Shown here: positions 37,609 through 47,190 of the stretch, in pieces
How positions within the stretch are numbered: the first letter of the stretch is position 1
Layout of the letters: every line of letters begins with the position of its first letter
Assembly: GCA_044225365.1 (NCBI GenBank)
Contig: JBGAIQ010000001.1
Location: 160,001-224,000 of the forward strand
DNA from: Planctomycetota bacterium
GTDB lineage: Bacteria > Planctomycetota > B15-G4 > JADJEK01
Length of the DNA stretch: 64,000 bases
Direction of reading: 5' to 3'
Notes under the pieces: generated by a model
Told to the model about the DNA's origin: nothing
Databases searched by the model: none
Seen by the model: the letters and a program-made list of their open reading frames with translations, nothing else
Translations under genes and position numbers: made by a program

Positions 37609-38944
37609 CGGCGTCGCGGACGCTCTTCGCGCGCTGCACCCAGAACTCGCGATAGGCGACGGCGACGTCGTGATGACGATTGAAGGCCATCGCCGCGCCA
37701 CCCCATTCCTTGGTCCATCCCTTGTCGATCACGTCCTTCACCACGACGCCGTTGATGACCTTGTCGGCGAGCACGTCGACCGGGTTGTAGCCATCGTGAC
37801 TCGCGAGACGATCGGGCATCGGATAGGCCTTGAACATCGCGGTCACGAACTCGACTACTTTCAAGACGTCACCGTTGGCGTTCGCGAGGAGGATCACGAT
37901 CTGATCGCGCACGGACAGAGACGTTCCGGAGACGGCGCTGAAATCGAATCGGGAGAGACGAGGGGGGAGCGCGATGTCGGGCGGGAGGACGAGCGAGTAC
38001 GCGATGGCCTCGATCAGCGACTTGTACTTGCGGATCGTGAGGAAGGAGTCGTGGAACTTGTCGTGCGTGAAGTCGCGGGTGTTCTTCATGAACCCAGGAT
38101 CCTTGCGCTCCTCGGCGGTGAAGAACTTGTCGCCGTACTGGAAGAGCATCGCGTCGTAGTGGAACACTCCCTCTGGGCTGCCCGCGGTGCGGTCGAGTGC
38201 TTCGTAGAACGATTCGTCGTTGTTGCGCCAGAAGTCGAGGAACGCGAAGAGAGCATCTCCCTTGCGATCGATGTCCATCGCTCGTTCGAGTGAAGCGATC
38301 GCGAGTTCGGCGTCGGAGGTCACGCCCTCGACGAGCCATGCAAGACGCACGGCGGGCGAGAGTTGCTTCTCGTCCGCGGCGTCGAGCAGGCCGTTCTTGC
38401 CCTTCACCGCGACGACGTCCTTGAACAGCCGGATTCCACGACTGCCGAATTCGTAGCGCAGTTGTCGAGGATCGAGCCCGGCGGCCGGCGTCTTCGACGC
38501 GGCCGTCGCGACCGGCGCGAACTGCACGTCGCCGAATGGATTGTGGACGAGCTCGACGGGGGTCGAGAGCGCCTTCACCGCTCGAGCGAGCGAGGCGTAG
38601 AGCAGGTCGCCATCAGGATTCTTCGGTGCGGGTGCGACGAAGAACTCCGCCTTGTCCTTCAGGCGAACCGCGGCTTCTTCGAGCGCCTTCTTCTGTGACG
38701 TCGACTGCGAGTACTTGTGCGTGACCTTCTTCACGTTCGCCGCGAGATCGACGGTTCGCGTCGACGATTCGTCGCCGACACGCGGACCCATCACAAGGGC
38801 GCAAACTGCGAACGATAGGGCGGCGACGCGCAGGGGCGACGCGAGCGAATCCGAGAGATGCATGAGTGGGACCTTTTTGACGAATGCCGAACCTCGCGCC
38901 GACGGACGTCGTGCGTCGCGATCATGCAGGTCGGTCATGATCAC
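37583..38944 (-). CDS. Hypothetical exported protein
   Basis: Protein-like composition; hydrophobic segment LRVAALSFAVCALVM; start may be 38863; no family recognised. Confidence 0.7.
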   Translation of the reverse strand: MIMTDLHDRDARRPSARGSAFVKKVPLMHLSDSLASPLRVAALSFAVCALVMGPRVGDESSTRTVDLAANVKKVTHKYSQSTSQKKALEEAAVRLKDKAEFFVAPAPKNPDGDLLYASLARAVKALSTPVELVHNPFGDVQFAPVATAASKTPAAGLDPRQLRYEFGSRGIRLFKDVVAVKGKNGLLDAADEKQLSPAVRLAWLVEGVTSDAELAIASLERAMDIDRKGDALFAFLDFWRNNDESFYEALDRTAGSPEGVFHYDAMLFQYGDKFFTAEERKDPGFMKNTRDFTHDKFHDSFLTIRKYKSLIEAIAYSLVLPPDIALPPRLSRFDFSAVSGTSLSVRDQIVILLANANGDVLKVVEFVTAMFKAYPMPDRLASHDGYNPVDVLADKVINGVVVKDVIDKGWTKEWGGAAMAFNRHHDVAVAYREFWVQRAKSVRDAVKDSLGTP

Positions 38945-39076
38945 GAATCTCCGCCCTTCTTAGCGTCCGCGTGTCCCGCCGTAACGGCCCGGTCGACGAA
39001 TTGACGAAATCATGAAGCGGGGGAGCGACCATTTCGAGTCGCGATCGAGCGCGCGAGTCTTACACTCTTCGCCGCG

Positions 39077-39850
39077 ATGGCGAACGATGAGACGACGGTG
39101 ACGATCGACGGCCCGGCGGGGTCCGGCAAGACGACCGTGGCGGAGCGGCTCGCCAAGGCGCTCGGGTATCGATTCCTCGACACCGGAGCGATGTATCGAG
39201 CGGCGACCGTCGCCGTGATCCGCGCCGGGATCGTCGATCCCGCCGATACGAAGGCGGGTTCGGGCAAACTGCCCGAGGACGAAGTCACCGCTGCGGTGCA
39301 GCGAGCGCAGATCGATCTGCTCGAGGATGGTCACGTGCTGCTCTCCGGCGTCGTCGTCGGGCAAGAGATCCGGACACAGGAAGTCGACGGCCTGGTGTCC
39401 GCGGTGTCGGCGCTCCCGAGTGTGCGGATGGCGATGCGCGCGAAGCAGCAGGACTTCGGCACTCGAGCACGGCCCGGACTCGTGGCCGAAGGTCGTGACA
39501 TGGCGACCGTGGTGTTCCCGCACGCGCATCATCGGTTCTACCTCGACGCGGCGGTGAGAGTTCGCGCCGAGCGCCGTTTCTTGCAGCTCACGGCGAAGGC
39601 CAACGCCAAGTTCGACCAGGCACGACGACGGGGAGAGACGAACCCGCATTGCGACGTCGTCCCCGCGCTCGAGGCCATCATCGCCGCGATCGAGGCGCGC
39701 GATCATGCCGACAGCTCGAGGGAGGAAGCGCCGCTGCGCAAGGGGGAGGGGGTCACCGTGGTGACGACCGATGCGCTCGACGTCGACGGCGTGGTGGCGG
39801 AACTGCAGCGAGCCATCGAGCGAACCGTCGAGGCGAACCGCCGAACATGA
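39077..39850 (+). CDS. cmk: Cytidylate kinase
   Basis: IDGPAGSGKTT, LDTGAMYRA, EGRDMATVVFP, RD..DSSR..APL. Confidence 0.95.
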   Translation: MANDETTVTIDGPAGSGKTTVAERLAKALGYRFLDTGAMYRAATVAVIRAGIVDPADTKAGSGKLPEDEVTAAVQRAQIDLLEDGHVLLSGVVVGQEIRTQEVDGLVSAVSALPSVRMAMRAKQQDFGTRARPGLVAEGRDMATVVFPHAHHRFYLDAAVRVRAERRFLQLTAKANAKFDQARRRGETNPHCDVVPALEAIIAAIEARDHADSSREEAPLRKGEGVTVVTTDALDVDGVVAELQRAIERTVEANRRT

Positions 39851-40479
39851 TGTATCGCTTCCTTCGCTTCCTCGCGTTCCTCTGGTTGCGCATCGTCTAC
39901 GGCTTGAAGGGCTACGGCGTCGAGAACGTGCCCGCGACCGGCGGCGCGATCATTGCCTCGAACCACAGTTCATTCATCGATCCGATGGCGCTCGGCTGTG
40001 TAGTGAAGCGTCCGTTGACCTACATCGCTCGGGGAACTTTGAAGGGCCATTGGCTCTATCGCTGGCTCACGGCCAAGCTCGACATCGTGTCGATCGAGCG
40101 CGACAGCAACGACCGCGGTCAGCTTCGTGCGGTGCTCGAAGCCCTGGAGAAGGGCAAGGCGTGCGTCATCTTCCCGGAGGGGACGCGGTCGATCGACGGG
40201 GAGCTGAAGCCCTTCAAGGGCGGCGTCATCCTCCTCGCTCGGCTCGCAAAAGTTCCGGTCGTTCCCGCGTGGGTCGAAGGGTCCTTTTCCGCGTGGTCGC
40301 GCCATGCTAAGCTGCCGCGCTTCACTGGACGCGTCCGAACCTATTACGGCAAACCGCTCGACCTCGCGGGCGAGCGCGATCGCGAAGCTGCGCTCTCCAA
40401 GCTCGAGCAGGCGATTGCGCAGCTCGACCCCCGGCGGTCGAAACCGGCTACCGTGACGGATTCCGCCGCTTCTCGGTGA
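39847..40479 (+). CDS. plsC: 1-acyl-sn-glycerol-3-phosphate acyltransferase
   Basis: NHSSFID (HX4D) and FPEGTRS; typical cmk-plsC-rpsA order. Confidence 0.88.
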   Translation: MMYRFLRFLAFLWLRIVYGLKGYGVENVPATGGAIIASNHSSFIDPMALGCVVKRPLTYIARGTLKGHWLYRWLTAKLDIVSIERDSNDRGQLRAVLEALEKGKACVIFPEGTRSIDGELKPFKGGVILLARLAKVPVVPAWVEGSFSAWSRHAKLPRFTGRVRTYYGKPLDLAGERDREAALSKLEQAIAQLDPRRSKPATVTDSAASR

Positions 40480-40660
40480 AGGACGAAGTCTGAGTACGAC
40501 GCCTGACCGCGCGGGATTGCGCGAAGGCGCGCCGCGACCGTGATCATCGAAGTCGAGATCGTCTCGACCCGAACTTGTCGATCCGGCCGGCGAAACGAGA
40601 ATCCCGACCGCTCCCGGCGGATTCCCGGGGCGCGGATCCCGTTCCGCGCAGAAGGTTCTC

Positions 40661-42415
40661 ATGCCGAAGTATCTGGTCAAGAAGTTCTCGATCGATCAGG
40701 ACGCCCTCGACAAAGCGGTCGCCGCTGCGATGGGCGCCACCAAGACCGAAGAAGTGACTCGCATGTACGAGTCGTCCGTGAAGGACTTCTCGGAAGGCAC
40801 CTGCGTCAAGGGCAAGATCATGAAGATCCTGCCGGGCGAGGTCCTGGTCGACGTCGGGTACAAGTGCGAGGGCAGCATCCCGGCTCACGAGTTCGACAGC
40901 CTCGAGACGCTGCAGATCGGTCAGGAGCTCGAAGTCCTCATCGACGAGATCGAGACCGAGACGGGGTTCCTCCAGCTCAGCAAGCGCAAAGCCGATCGCA
41001 TCCGCGGTTGGGAGCGCGTCGTCTCCACGCACAAGGAAGGCGATATCGTCAAGGGCACGGTCGTCCGCAAGATCAAGGGCGGTCTGCTCGTCGACATCGG
41101 CGTACCGGTCTTCCTGCCGCAATCGCAGGTCTCCCTCCGCAAGATCGGCGACGTCGCCGATTTCATCGGCAAGGAGATCGAGTGCAAGATCATCAAGATC
41201 GACGAACCGCGCATGAACATCGTCGTGTCGCGCCGCAAGCTCATCGAGGAGCAGCGTGAACAGCAGCGCGGTCAGTTGCTCGCGACCCTCATCGAGGGTC
41301 AGGTCCGCAAGGGCGTCGTGAAGAACATCGCCGACTTCGGCGCGTTCGTCGACCTCGGCGGCATCGATGGTCTCCTCCACATCACCGACATGACGTGGGG
41401 CCGCATCAACCACCCGAGCGAGGCACTCCACATCGACCAGGAAGTCGAAGTGATGGTCCTGAAGTTCGATCGCGAGCGCAATCGCATCGCGCTCGGCATG
41501 AAGCAGCTCCAGAAGTCGCCCTGGGAGCAGATCGAGAGCAAGTACCCGATCACGTCGCAGCACGTCGGCGAGGTGGTCAACCTCATGCCGTACGGCGCGT
41601 TCGTCAAGCTCGAGGACGGCATCGAAGGTCTCGTCCACATCTCCGAGATGTCCTGGACTCGCCGCGTGAACCATCCGAACGAGATGGTCCAGATCGGCGA
41701 TCGCGTCGAGGTGAAGGTCCTCGACATCAACAAGGAGAAGCAGGAGATCTCGCTCGGCATGAAGCAGTGCGAGGTCAATCCCTGGACGACGGTCGAAGAC
41801 CGCTACCCGGTCGGCACGATCATCGAGGGCAAGGTCCGCAACCTCACGAACTACGGTGCGTTCATCGAGATCGAGGAGGGCATCGATGGCCTGCTCCACG
41901 TCTCCGACATGTCGTGGACGAAGAAGTACAGCCACCCGAACGAGGCGCTCAAGAAGGGCGACACCGTTCAGGCGGTCGTGCTCTCCGTCGATCGCGAGAA
42001 GAAGCGCGTCGCTCTCGGCGTGAAGCAGCTCACCCCGGATCCTTGGAAGGACGAGATTCCGCGCAAGTACGGCGTGGGCGACGTCGTCACGGGTCACGTC
42101 GTGAAGATCGCGAACTTCGGTGTGTTCGTCGAACTCGAGGACGGACTCGAAGGTCTGCTCCACATCTCCGAACTGTCGCGCAACAAGGTGAACGCGGCCG
42201 AGGACGTGGTGAAGATCGGACAGAAGGTCAACGTCCGCATCCTCAAGGTCGATACCGACGAGCGCAAGATCGGCCTCTCGATGATCAACGTCGAGCAGCC
42301 GCCGCTCGAAGAGGCGATGGCGAACGTGAAGCCCGACGCGCCGAAGGCGGCTCCGGAAGCGGCGGAGCCTGAAGCTCCGAGCGCATCGGAATCATCGGAC
42401 GCGACGACCGCCTGA
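40661..42415 (+). CDS. rpsA: 30S ribosomal protein S1
   Basis: Six S1 repeats (FGAFVDLGGIDGLLHITD, YGAFVKLEDGIEGLVHISE, etc.). Confidence 0.97.
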   Translation: MPKYLVKKFSIDQDALDKAVAAAMGATKTEEVTRMYESSVKDFSEGTCVKGKIMKILPGEVLVDVGYKCEGSIPAHEFDSLETLQIGQELEVLIDEIETETGFLQLSKRKADRIRGWERVVSTHKEGDIVKGTVVRKIKGGLLVDIGVPVFLPQSQVSLRKIGDVADFIGKEIECKIIKIDEPRMNIVVSRRKLIEEQREQQRGQLLATLIEGQVRKGVVKNIADFGAFVDLGGIDGLLHITDMTWGRINHPSEALHIDQEVEVMVLKFDRERNRIALGMKQLQKSPWEQIESKYPITSQHVGEVVNLMPYGAFVKLEDGIEGLVHISEMSWTRRVNHPNEMVQIGDRVEVKVLDINKEKQEISLGMKQCEVNPWTTVEDRYPVGTIIEGKVRNLTNYGAFIEIEEGIDGLLHVSDMSWTKKYSHPNEALKKGDTVQAVVLSVDREKKRVALGVKQLTPDPWKDEIPRKYGVGDVVTGHVVKIANFGVFVELEDGLEGLLHISELSRNKVNAAEDVVKIGQKVNVRILKVDTDERKIGLSMINVEQPPLEEAMANVKPDAPKAAPEAAEPEAPSASESSDATTA

Positions 42416-42434
42416 TCTCGTCGCTTGGTTCCCC

Positions 42435-42475
42435 GGCGCGGCGGCTTCGCGATTCTTTCGCGGGGCCGCCGCGTC
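42435..42475 (+). terminator. GC-rich hairpin after rpsA (probable terminator)
   Basis: 18-bp stem, 42435-52 with 42458-75 (three G-U pairs), 5-nt loop; weak U-tract. Confidence 0.6.
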
Positions 42476-42500
42476 GTCCGTTTGGCGGGAAGGTTCGAGA

Positions 42501-43673
42501 ATGATGACGAATCCACGGACGAAGCATCGGGAGACTTCGGGTCGACGGCCCGACGATTTCGTCGCGGGCCTCGTCGCGGCCTTCTTCGTCGTGTGCTTCA
42601 TCGCCTGCACATCGCCGCCTCAGGACTCGGGCCCGCCGGCCGGATCGTTGCCGCTCTCGAATGCGGAACTCGAGCGGAGATTCCAAGTGGTGAACGGGCT
42701 CGTCGCCGATCGGGCGGAGGAGCAAGCGCTCTCGTTGCTCGAGCAGACGATGAAGGAACCGCTCGACGTGGCATCCCGTCGCGATGTGCAGCGCGTGACC
42801 AGCGAGGTTCGGCGTTCGAAGTTCTATCGCGACGAACCGCTGCACCTCTCGATCGAACTCGATCGCCCGCGCTACCGCTACGGCGAGGCGATGTCGTTGC
42901 GACTCACGTTCATGAATCTCGGTCGCGAGCCCCTTCGGCTCGTCGCCCGTCATCGTGGGATCCTCGACTTCCTTACGCTCGGCGACGGGGAGAACGCGGT
43001 CCTGGATCTCTCCATCGAATACCGCGACTGCGACGCTGCGGGATCCCGCGTCGCGGAGAGGGAGAACGTCGCGCTCCGGCTACCCGCGGATCTGGCGATC
43101 GCCTCCGGTGGTGCTGCGGATCTCGTCGCTACGGTCCCGCTCTCGGTGCGGCGGGGTGCGTTGTTCGGCGCCGTCGCGATCGAGGCCGTACTCCGTCCGG
43201 TCGCGATCGAGGCCGGGGAGTCGACGCGCTTCGACGCGTTGCACCTCGGGACCGCGCGTGCCACGCTCGTCCGCCGGGAAGTGGAGAAGTGGTACGACGC
43301 CGGACTCGAAAGCCTCGACGAGGAAATCGGCGCGACACCTCACGAACGACCCGAAGCGCTGCTCCTCGCGGCGGCGGGCCTGCAAGATGCACAATTGCGA
43401 AGCGGCATCGATCGGTTGCTGCGAGCCGCGCCGAACCTGGATCCGCAACGTCGCGCGCTGGCCATGGCCGCGATCGCCTGGCTGCTCGAGGAACCGATCG
43501 GGGGAGACGCCGTGTCCGCACTCTCGTGGTGGGATGCCCATGCGAAGGCGTTGACGGACACCGATCTCTCGGCACGGCGGATCGGCGGCGCGCGCATGGA
43601 GCGTGGCCTCCTTGCGGGCGGAGCGATCGAGATCCCCGCGAGCACGCGCCACGGTCCTCCCGCAGCTCGGTGA
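42501..43673 (+). CDS. Hypothetical lipoprotein
   Basis: Hydrophobic segment ending FIAC; central beta-rich segment (LSIELDRPRYRYGE..LRLTFMN); helical C-terminus. Confidence 0.65.
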   Translation: MMTNPRTKHRETSGRRPDDFVAGLVAAFFVVCFIACTSPPQDSGPPAGSLPLSNAELERRFQVVNGLVADRAEEQALSLLEQTMKEPLDVASRRDVQRVTSEVRRSKFYRDEPLHLSIELDRPRYRYGEAMSLRLTFMNLGREPLRLVARHRGILDFLTLGDGENAVLDLSIEYRDCDAAGSRVAERENVALRLPADLAIASGGAADLVATVPLSVRRGALFGAVAIEAVLRPVAIEAGESTRFDALHLGTARATLVRREVEKWYDAGLESLDEEIGATPHERPEALLLAAAGLQDAQLRSGIDRLLRAAPNLDPQRRALAMAAIAWLLEEPIGGDAVSALSWWDAHAKALTDTDLSARRIGGARMERGLLAGGAIEIPASTRHGPPAAR

Positions 43674-43803
43674 GGGCCTCGTGAACCAGTCGCGGGGAGA
43701 TCATGTCGAGCGCGTGGGTGTTCGATAAGCTATGGAAATCGGTCCGCCGCATTCCGAACCCATGTTCGGAGAGAGCGTTTCCTCGATCCCTCTTCTTGAT
43801 CCC

Positions 43804-45054
43804 ATGGTCGTACTCGCATCGTTGCTCAGCCTCGCGCTCCTCGTCGACGCCACTCCCAAGAATGGTGAGGAGGGTGCGCTCACTCCATTCGCGGATCTGG
43901 CGTCACCCTATTTCGAAGTGCGTAGCGCCGCCCAGCAACGGTTGCTCGCGACGCGATTCGAGGATGCCCAAAAGGTCGCGGCGAAGCTCCTCGTTGCACC
44001 CGATCCCAAGCTGCGCCTCGCCGGAGTCGAGTGGTATCGCGAACAGCTGAGGTTTCCGAAGCCGCGGGAGGTCGACGTTGCGGCGTTCGAATCCGCGCTC
44101 GCGAAGGAAACCGATCCGACCGTCCGGTCGCGTGCGATCCAGGTCGCGGCCGAGATCGGCAGCGTCGTCGATTCGTTGAAGAAAGCGGCGGGCGAGGGGC
44201 GGATCCCGAAGGGGGAGATCGACACGCTCCTTCGGGCGCGGCTCGTTCGACTCTGCGAACAGGTGATGCTCGACGGCGAGATCCCGGGTTTCTTCGACGG
44301 TCAGTTCGCGGCGATGCACTCGCTCGACAAATCGGCGCTCGCGCGGATCACGATGTGGGCGTGGGATCCTCGCGTCCATCCGGTTCTCCGCAAGCTGATG
44401 ATCATGGCCTTGCACGAGCCGCGACCCCGCGAACTCGAACAGCTCCTCCGTCCGCTCCTCGTTCCGCCCAAGTTCGAAGTGGATTGGATGTCGCCTCTCA
44501 AGAGAATGGGCTTTCGCGCGAGTCAGCCGGAAGAGATCCAAGCCGTTCTGAGGGCCGAGTACAGCCAATACGCGCGTTTCTCGCTCGCGAAGGCCGGCAT
44601 CGCCGGCCCAATCGACGCGAAGATCCAGGAACTGCTCGCCGACTTCGAGAACCAGATGGAGCGGGTACAGAAGATAAGAGAGCGCGAGGACGAACTCGGA
44701 ATCGACGTCACGATCTACGTCGAGGCCGCGTACGACACGCTGTTCCAGGTCGGCTACCATCACCAACAACTCGATCGCTACGATGCCGCGGAACAGGTGT
44801 ATCGGAAGATCGTCGATAGTGGTGAAGAGGTCAGCGCGCGGATCTGGTCCTACTACAACCTCGCGTGCATTCGCGCGATCCAGGGTCGCAACGACGATGC
44901 GATCGTCGAGTTCCAACACGCCATCGACGTCGGCTTCAACGATCTGCGCTGGGCGACCCGCGACGGCGATCTGAAGCCCCTGCGCGACGACCCTCGATTC
45001 CAGAGGATGCTCGCGGGACTTCCGCCGACGGGCGACAAGGCCCCGCCGCGTTGA
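43804..45054 (+). CDS. Exported HEAT/TPR-repeat protein
   Basis: Signal-like MVVLASLLSLALLVDA; HEAT-like repeats; terminal TPR cap YYNLAC..GFND..DGDLKPLRDDPRF. Confidence 0.75.
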   Translation: MVVLASLLSLALLVDATPKNGEEGALTPFADLASPYFEVRSAAQQRLLATRFEDAQKVAAKLLVAPDPKLRLAGVEWYREQLRFPKPREVDVAAFESALAKETDPTVRSRAIQVAAEIGSVVDSLKKAAGEGRIPKGEIDTLLRARLVRLCEQVMLDGEIPGFFDGQFAAMHSLDKSALARITMWAWDPRVHPVLRKLMIMALHEPRPRELEQLLRPLLVPPKFEVDWMSPLKRMGFRASQPEEIQAVLRAEYSQYARFSLAKAGIAGPIDAKIQELLADFENQMERVQKIREREDELGIDVTIYVEAAYDTLFQVGYHHQQLDRYDAAEQVYRKIVDSGEEVSARIWSYYNLACIRAIQGRNDDAIVEFQHAIDVGFNDLRWATRDGDLKPLRDDPRFQRMLAGLPPTGDKAPPR

Positions 45055-45061
45055 ACGAGCG

Positions 45062-46036
45062 TCAGCGCATCTTCGCGAACTGGCCCCAGTAGTCCGAGTA
45101 GAAGGCCAGGATCCGCCAAACGGCGAAGATCACGACCGCGAAGTAGAAGCCGCGCGATGCGATCCGCGTCAGCGTGGCGGCGGTGTTCCCCGCGCGCTCA
45201 TCGAGCAGGTGGGAGGCGTCGGTGAGCGCCCTCGAGAGATCTCCCGCCGTCTCCGCCACGACGATCATCGCGAGAGTCTCCGGTCGATCCATGGGCAACG
45301 CCTGCACGACCTCGCGGAATTCGCCGTGACCCCGGGCCGCATCGTCGACCGCGCTCTCGTACTTCCGCTTCAGATCGTCGAATCGGATCGCCGCCAGGGA
45401 CTTCCTGGCCGCGTCGAGGATCGGAATGCCGGCTTCGTAGAGCTGACCGACCGTTCCGAGGTAGGCGGCGGCTTCGCGGTCGCGGATCATCGTCTCGACG
45501 GCAGGGACGAGTCGCACGAATCGAGCGACGCCCGTGCCCGGATTCGGCGCGGCCAGACTGCGGTAAAGGAGGAATAGGAGCACATCGACGGGCACGCAGA
45601 TCCCAATGAAGAGGAGCATCGCACGGTGGGGCGCGGAGAGGATCTGCATCGACACCGTGGCGAGCACAGCGAGGTGGAAGACCGCGAGCGGATACCACGC
45701 TTGCTTTCGGGCGAGATCGATGGACGTCTGGCGGCCCTCGTCCCACGCCGCGATTCGCTTCAACTGCCGTCCGAGGTGCCCGCTCTTCTCGGCGGCCTCC
45801 AGGATCGCGCCGTGGACGACCGGAATGCCGAGGTCACTCGCTCCCAAGATCGCGTCCGAGACCGGGTTACCGGAGCGCAACGAAGCCCGGATCCGTTCGG
45901 TCAGCGCGCGGAGGGCGGGCCGGCGAAAGCCGCGTTCGAGGGCGTCGGCGAGCGCTTCGGGCGGCACATTGGCGTCGAGCAGTTCGGCGAGCGTGCGGTA
46001 ATAGCGCGCTCGGGGAAGGAGGGGGATTGCGGCCAT
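45062..46036 (-). CDS. Type II secretion/type IV pilus platform protein (GspF/PilC family)
   Basis: Two T2SSF repeats (LAELLDANVP..AEKSGHL; LYEAGIPI..AETAGDL), WYP before the TM; start reassigned to 46036. Confidence 0.82.
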   Translation of the reverse strand: MAAIPLLPRARYYRTLAELLDANVPPEALADALERGFRRPALRALTERIRASLRSGNPVSDAILGASDLGIPVVHGAILEAAEKSGHLGRQLKRIAAWDEGRQTSIDLARKQAWYPLAVFHLAVLATVSMQILSAPHRAMLLFIGICVPVDVLLFLLYRSLAAPNPGTGVARFVRLVPAVETMIRDREAAAYLGTVGQLYEAGIPILDAARKSLAAIRFDDLKRKYESAVDDAARGHGEFREVVQALPMDRPETLAMIVVAETAGDLSRALTDASHLLDERAGNTAATLTRIASRGFYFAVVIFAVWRILAFYSDYWGQFAKMR

Positions 46037-46310
46037 CTCGCCAGCCTCTTTCGGGTCGTTTCGTCGTTCACGGTTCGATCGAGTCGGCGATGGGTCGGGG
46101 CAGTCGCTCCTCGACCCGAAAAGAAAATGGCTCCGAAAAACAGGCGCGCCGTTCTTCGGTGTGTTACCATTCGCCCGAAGCACTTGGACGCGAAAAGTCG
46201 CGCCGGGTGTACGAGAAGAACAAAACGTTCGCGTTCAGCGGCGGCCGGCCGGAGCCCTTCCCCTCCCCAACCGCCATCTCCGGCCGCCTGCGCCGTCGAG
46301 CGTCGAACAT

Positions 46311-46336
46311 AATTTTCCCCCGCAAGGGGGAAAATT
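46311..46336. promoter_or_regulatory. Perfect inverted repeat AATTTTCCCCC-GCAA-GGGGGAAAATT
   Basis: 11-bp arms with a 4-nt GCAA spacer, between divergent genes. Confidence 0.5.
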
Positions 46337-46554
46337 TTTGCATGACGGTTTTGCTCGGACGCGAAGCGGATGTCGCGGAATCGCGGCGCGCGATCCAACA
46401 AGATCTCGGGAAAAGGGATTCAGCTTTACGTCGCGGTTTCCCGAAAGAGTATTCAGAGTTCTAAGATCGCGCGTTCGCGCCGGCTGCTCGGTTTGCAGTG
46501 GCGACGGCTCGCGCCTGCTGGTTCGTTCTTCGGGCGCCGCGGAGGCTCCTCGTC

Positions 46555-47106
46555 ATGGTCGATCCCGATTCGGTCGGCTCGTTCAATTCGGAAGCGGGTC
46601 TGTTCAGCTATGCGCAGATCCTGCATCTCCTGAAGATCGAGTTCAGCCGTGCCCGACGTTACGGGTACCCGTTGACCTGCTGTTTGTTCCAGATCGATCG
46701 ATTGGAGAACCTCAAGGATCTCTACGGATACAAGGTCCGCGATCGCATCGAGGAGTCCGTCGTTTCGATCGTCCATCAGCTCACGCGTTCGTCCGACTTC
46801 CTCGGGAAGATCGGCGAACGCATGATCATGATCCTCCCGCACACCGACGCCGAAGGAGTCAAGGTGCTGATGGAGCGGGTGCGCACGCGGGTGAAGGAAT
46901 TCGCTTTCGAAGTGGATGATCGGCCGGTCCAGGTGACCCTTTCCGCCGGCATCGCGACCTATCGCGATCGCAACACCTTGTTCTTCGATTCGATCATCAA
47001 GAATGCCGAGAGCGCCTTGGCGCAGATCATCGGCCGCGGGGGAAACGCGGTCGGGATCCACACCGCGACTCCCGATTCGAAGGAACCCGACCGGACTCGC
47101 GCCTGA
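46555..47106 (+). CDS. Stand-alone degenerate GGDEF-domain protein with intact RxxD I-site
   Basis: EFSRARRYGYPL, DLYG, RSSDFLGKIGERMIMILP, VTLSAGIA, GGNAV; GGAGG upstream. Confidence 0.85.
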   Translation: MVDPDSVGSFNSEAGLFSYAQILHLLKIEFSRARRYGYPLTCCLFQIDRLENLKDLYGYKVRDRIEESVVSIVHQLTRSSDFLGKIGERMIMILPHTDAEGVKVLMERVRTRVKEFAFEVDDRPVQVTLSAGIATYRDRNTLFFDSIIKNAESALAQIIGRGGNAVGIHTATPDSKEPDRTRA

Positions 47107-47154
47107 GCGATCCGCCGGCCCCTTCGCTCTCCACTCCCGATCGAATTGCGATGC

Positions 47155-47190
47155 AAAAAAGAACGACGGCCGCTGCCGGGCGACCGTCGT
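47155..47190 (-). terminator. Intrinsic terminator on the minus strand
   Basis: 11-bp stem 47163-73 with 47180-90 (one G-U that pairs only on the minus strand), then UCUUUUUU. Confidence 0.72.

Noticed and set aside
39590-39665. Short insertion in the Cmk lid region (AKANAKFDQARRRGETNPHC)
   Set aside because: Variable surface region; too short for an intein and lacks splicing motifs
46037-46554. c-di-GMP riboswitch upstream of the GGDEF or GspF gene
   Set aside because: The conserved GEMM elements are not found in the right order on either strand
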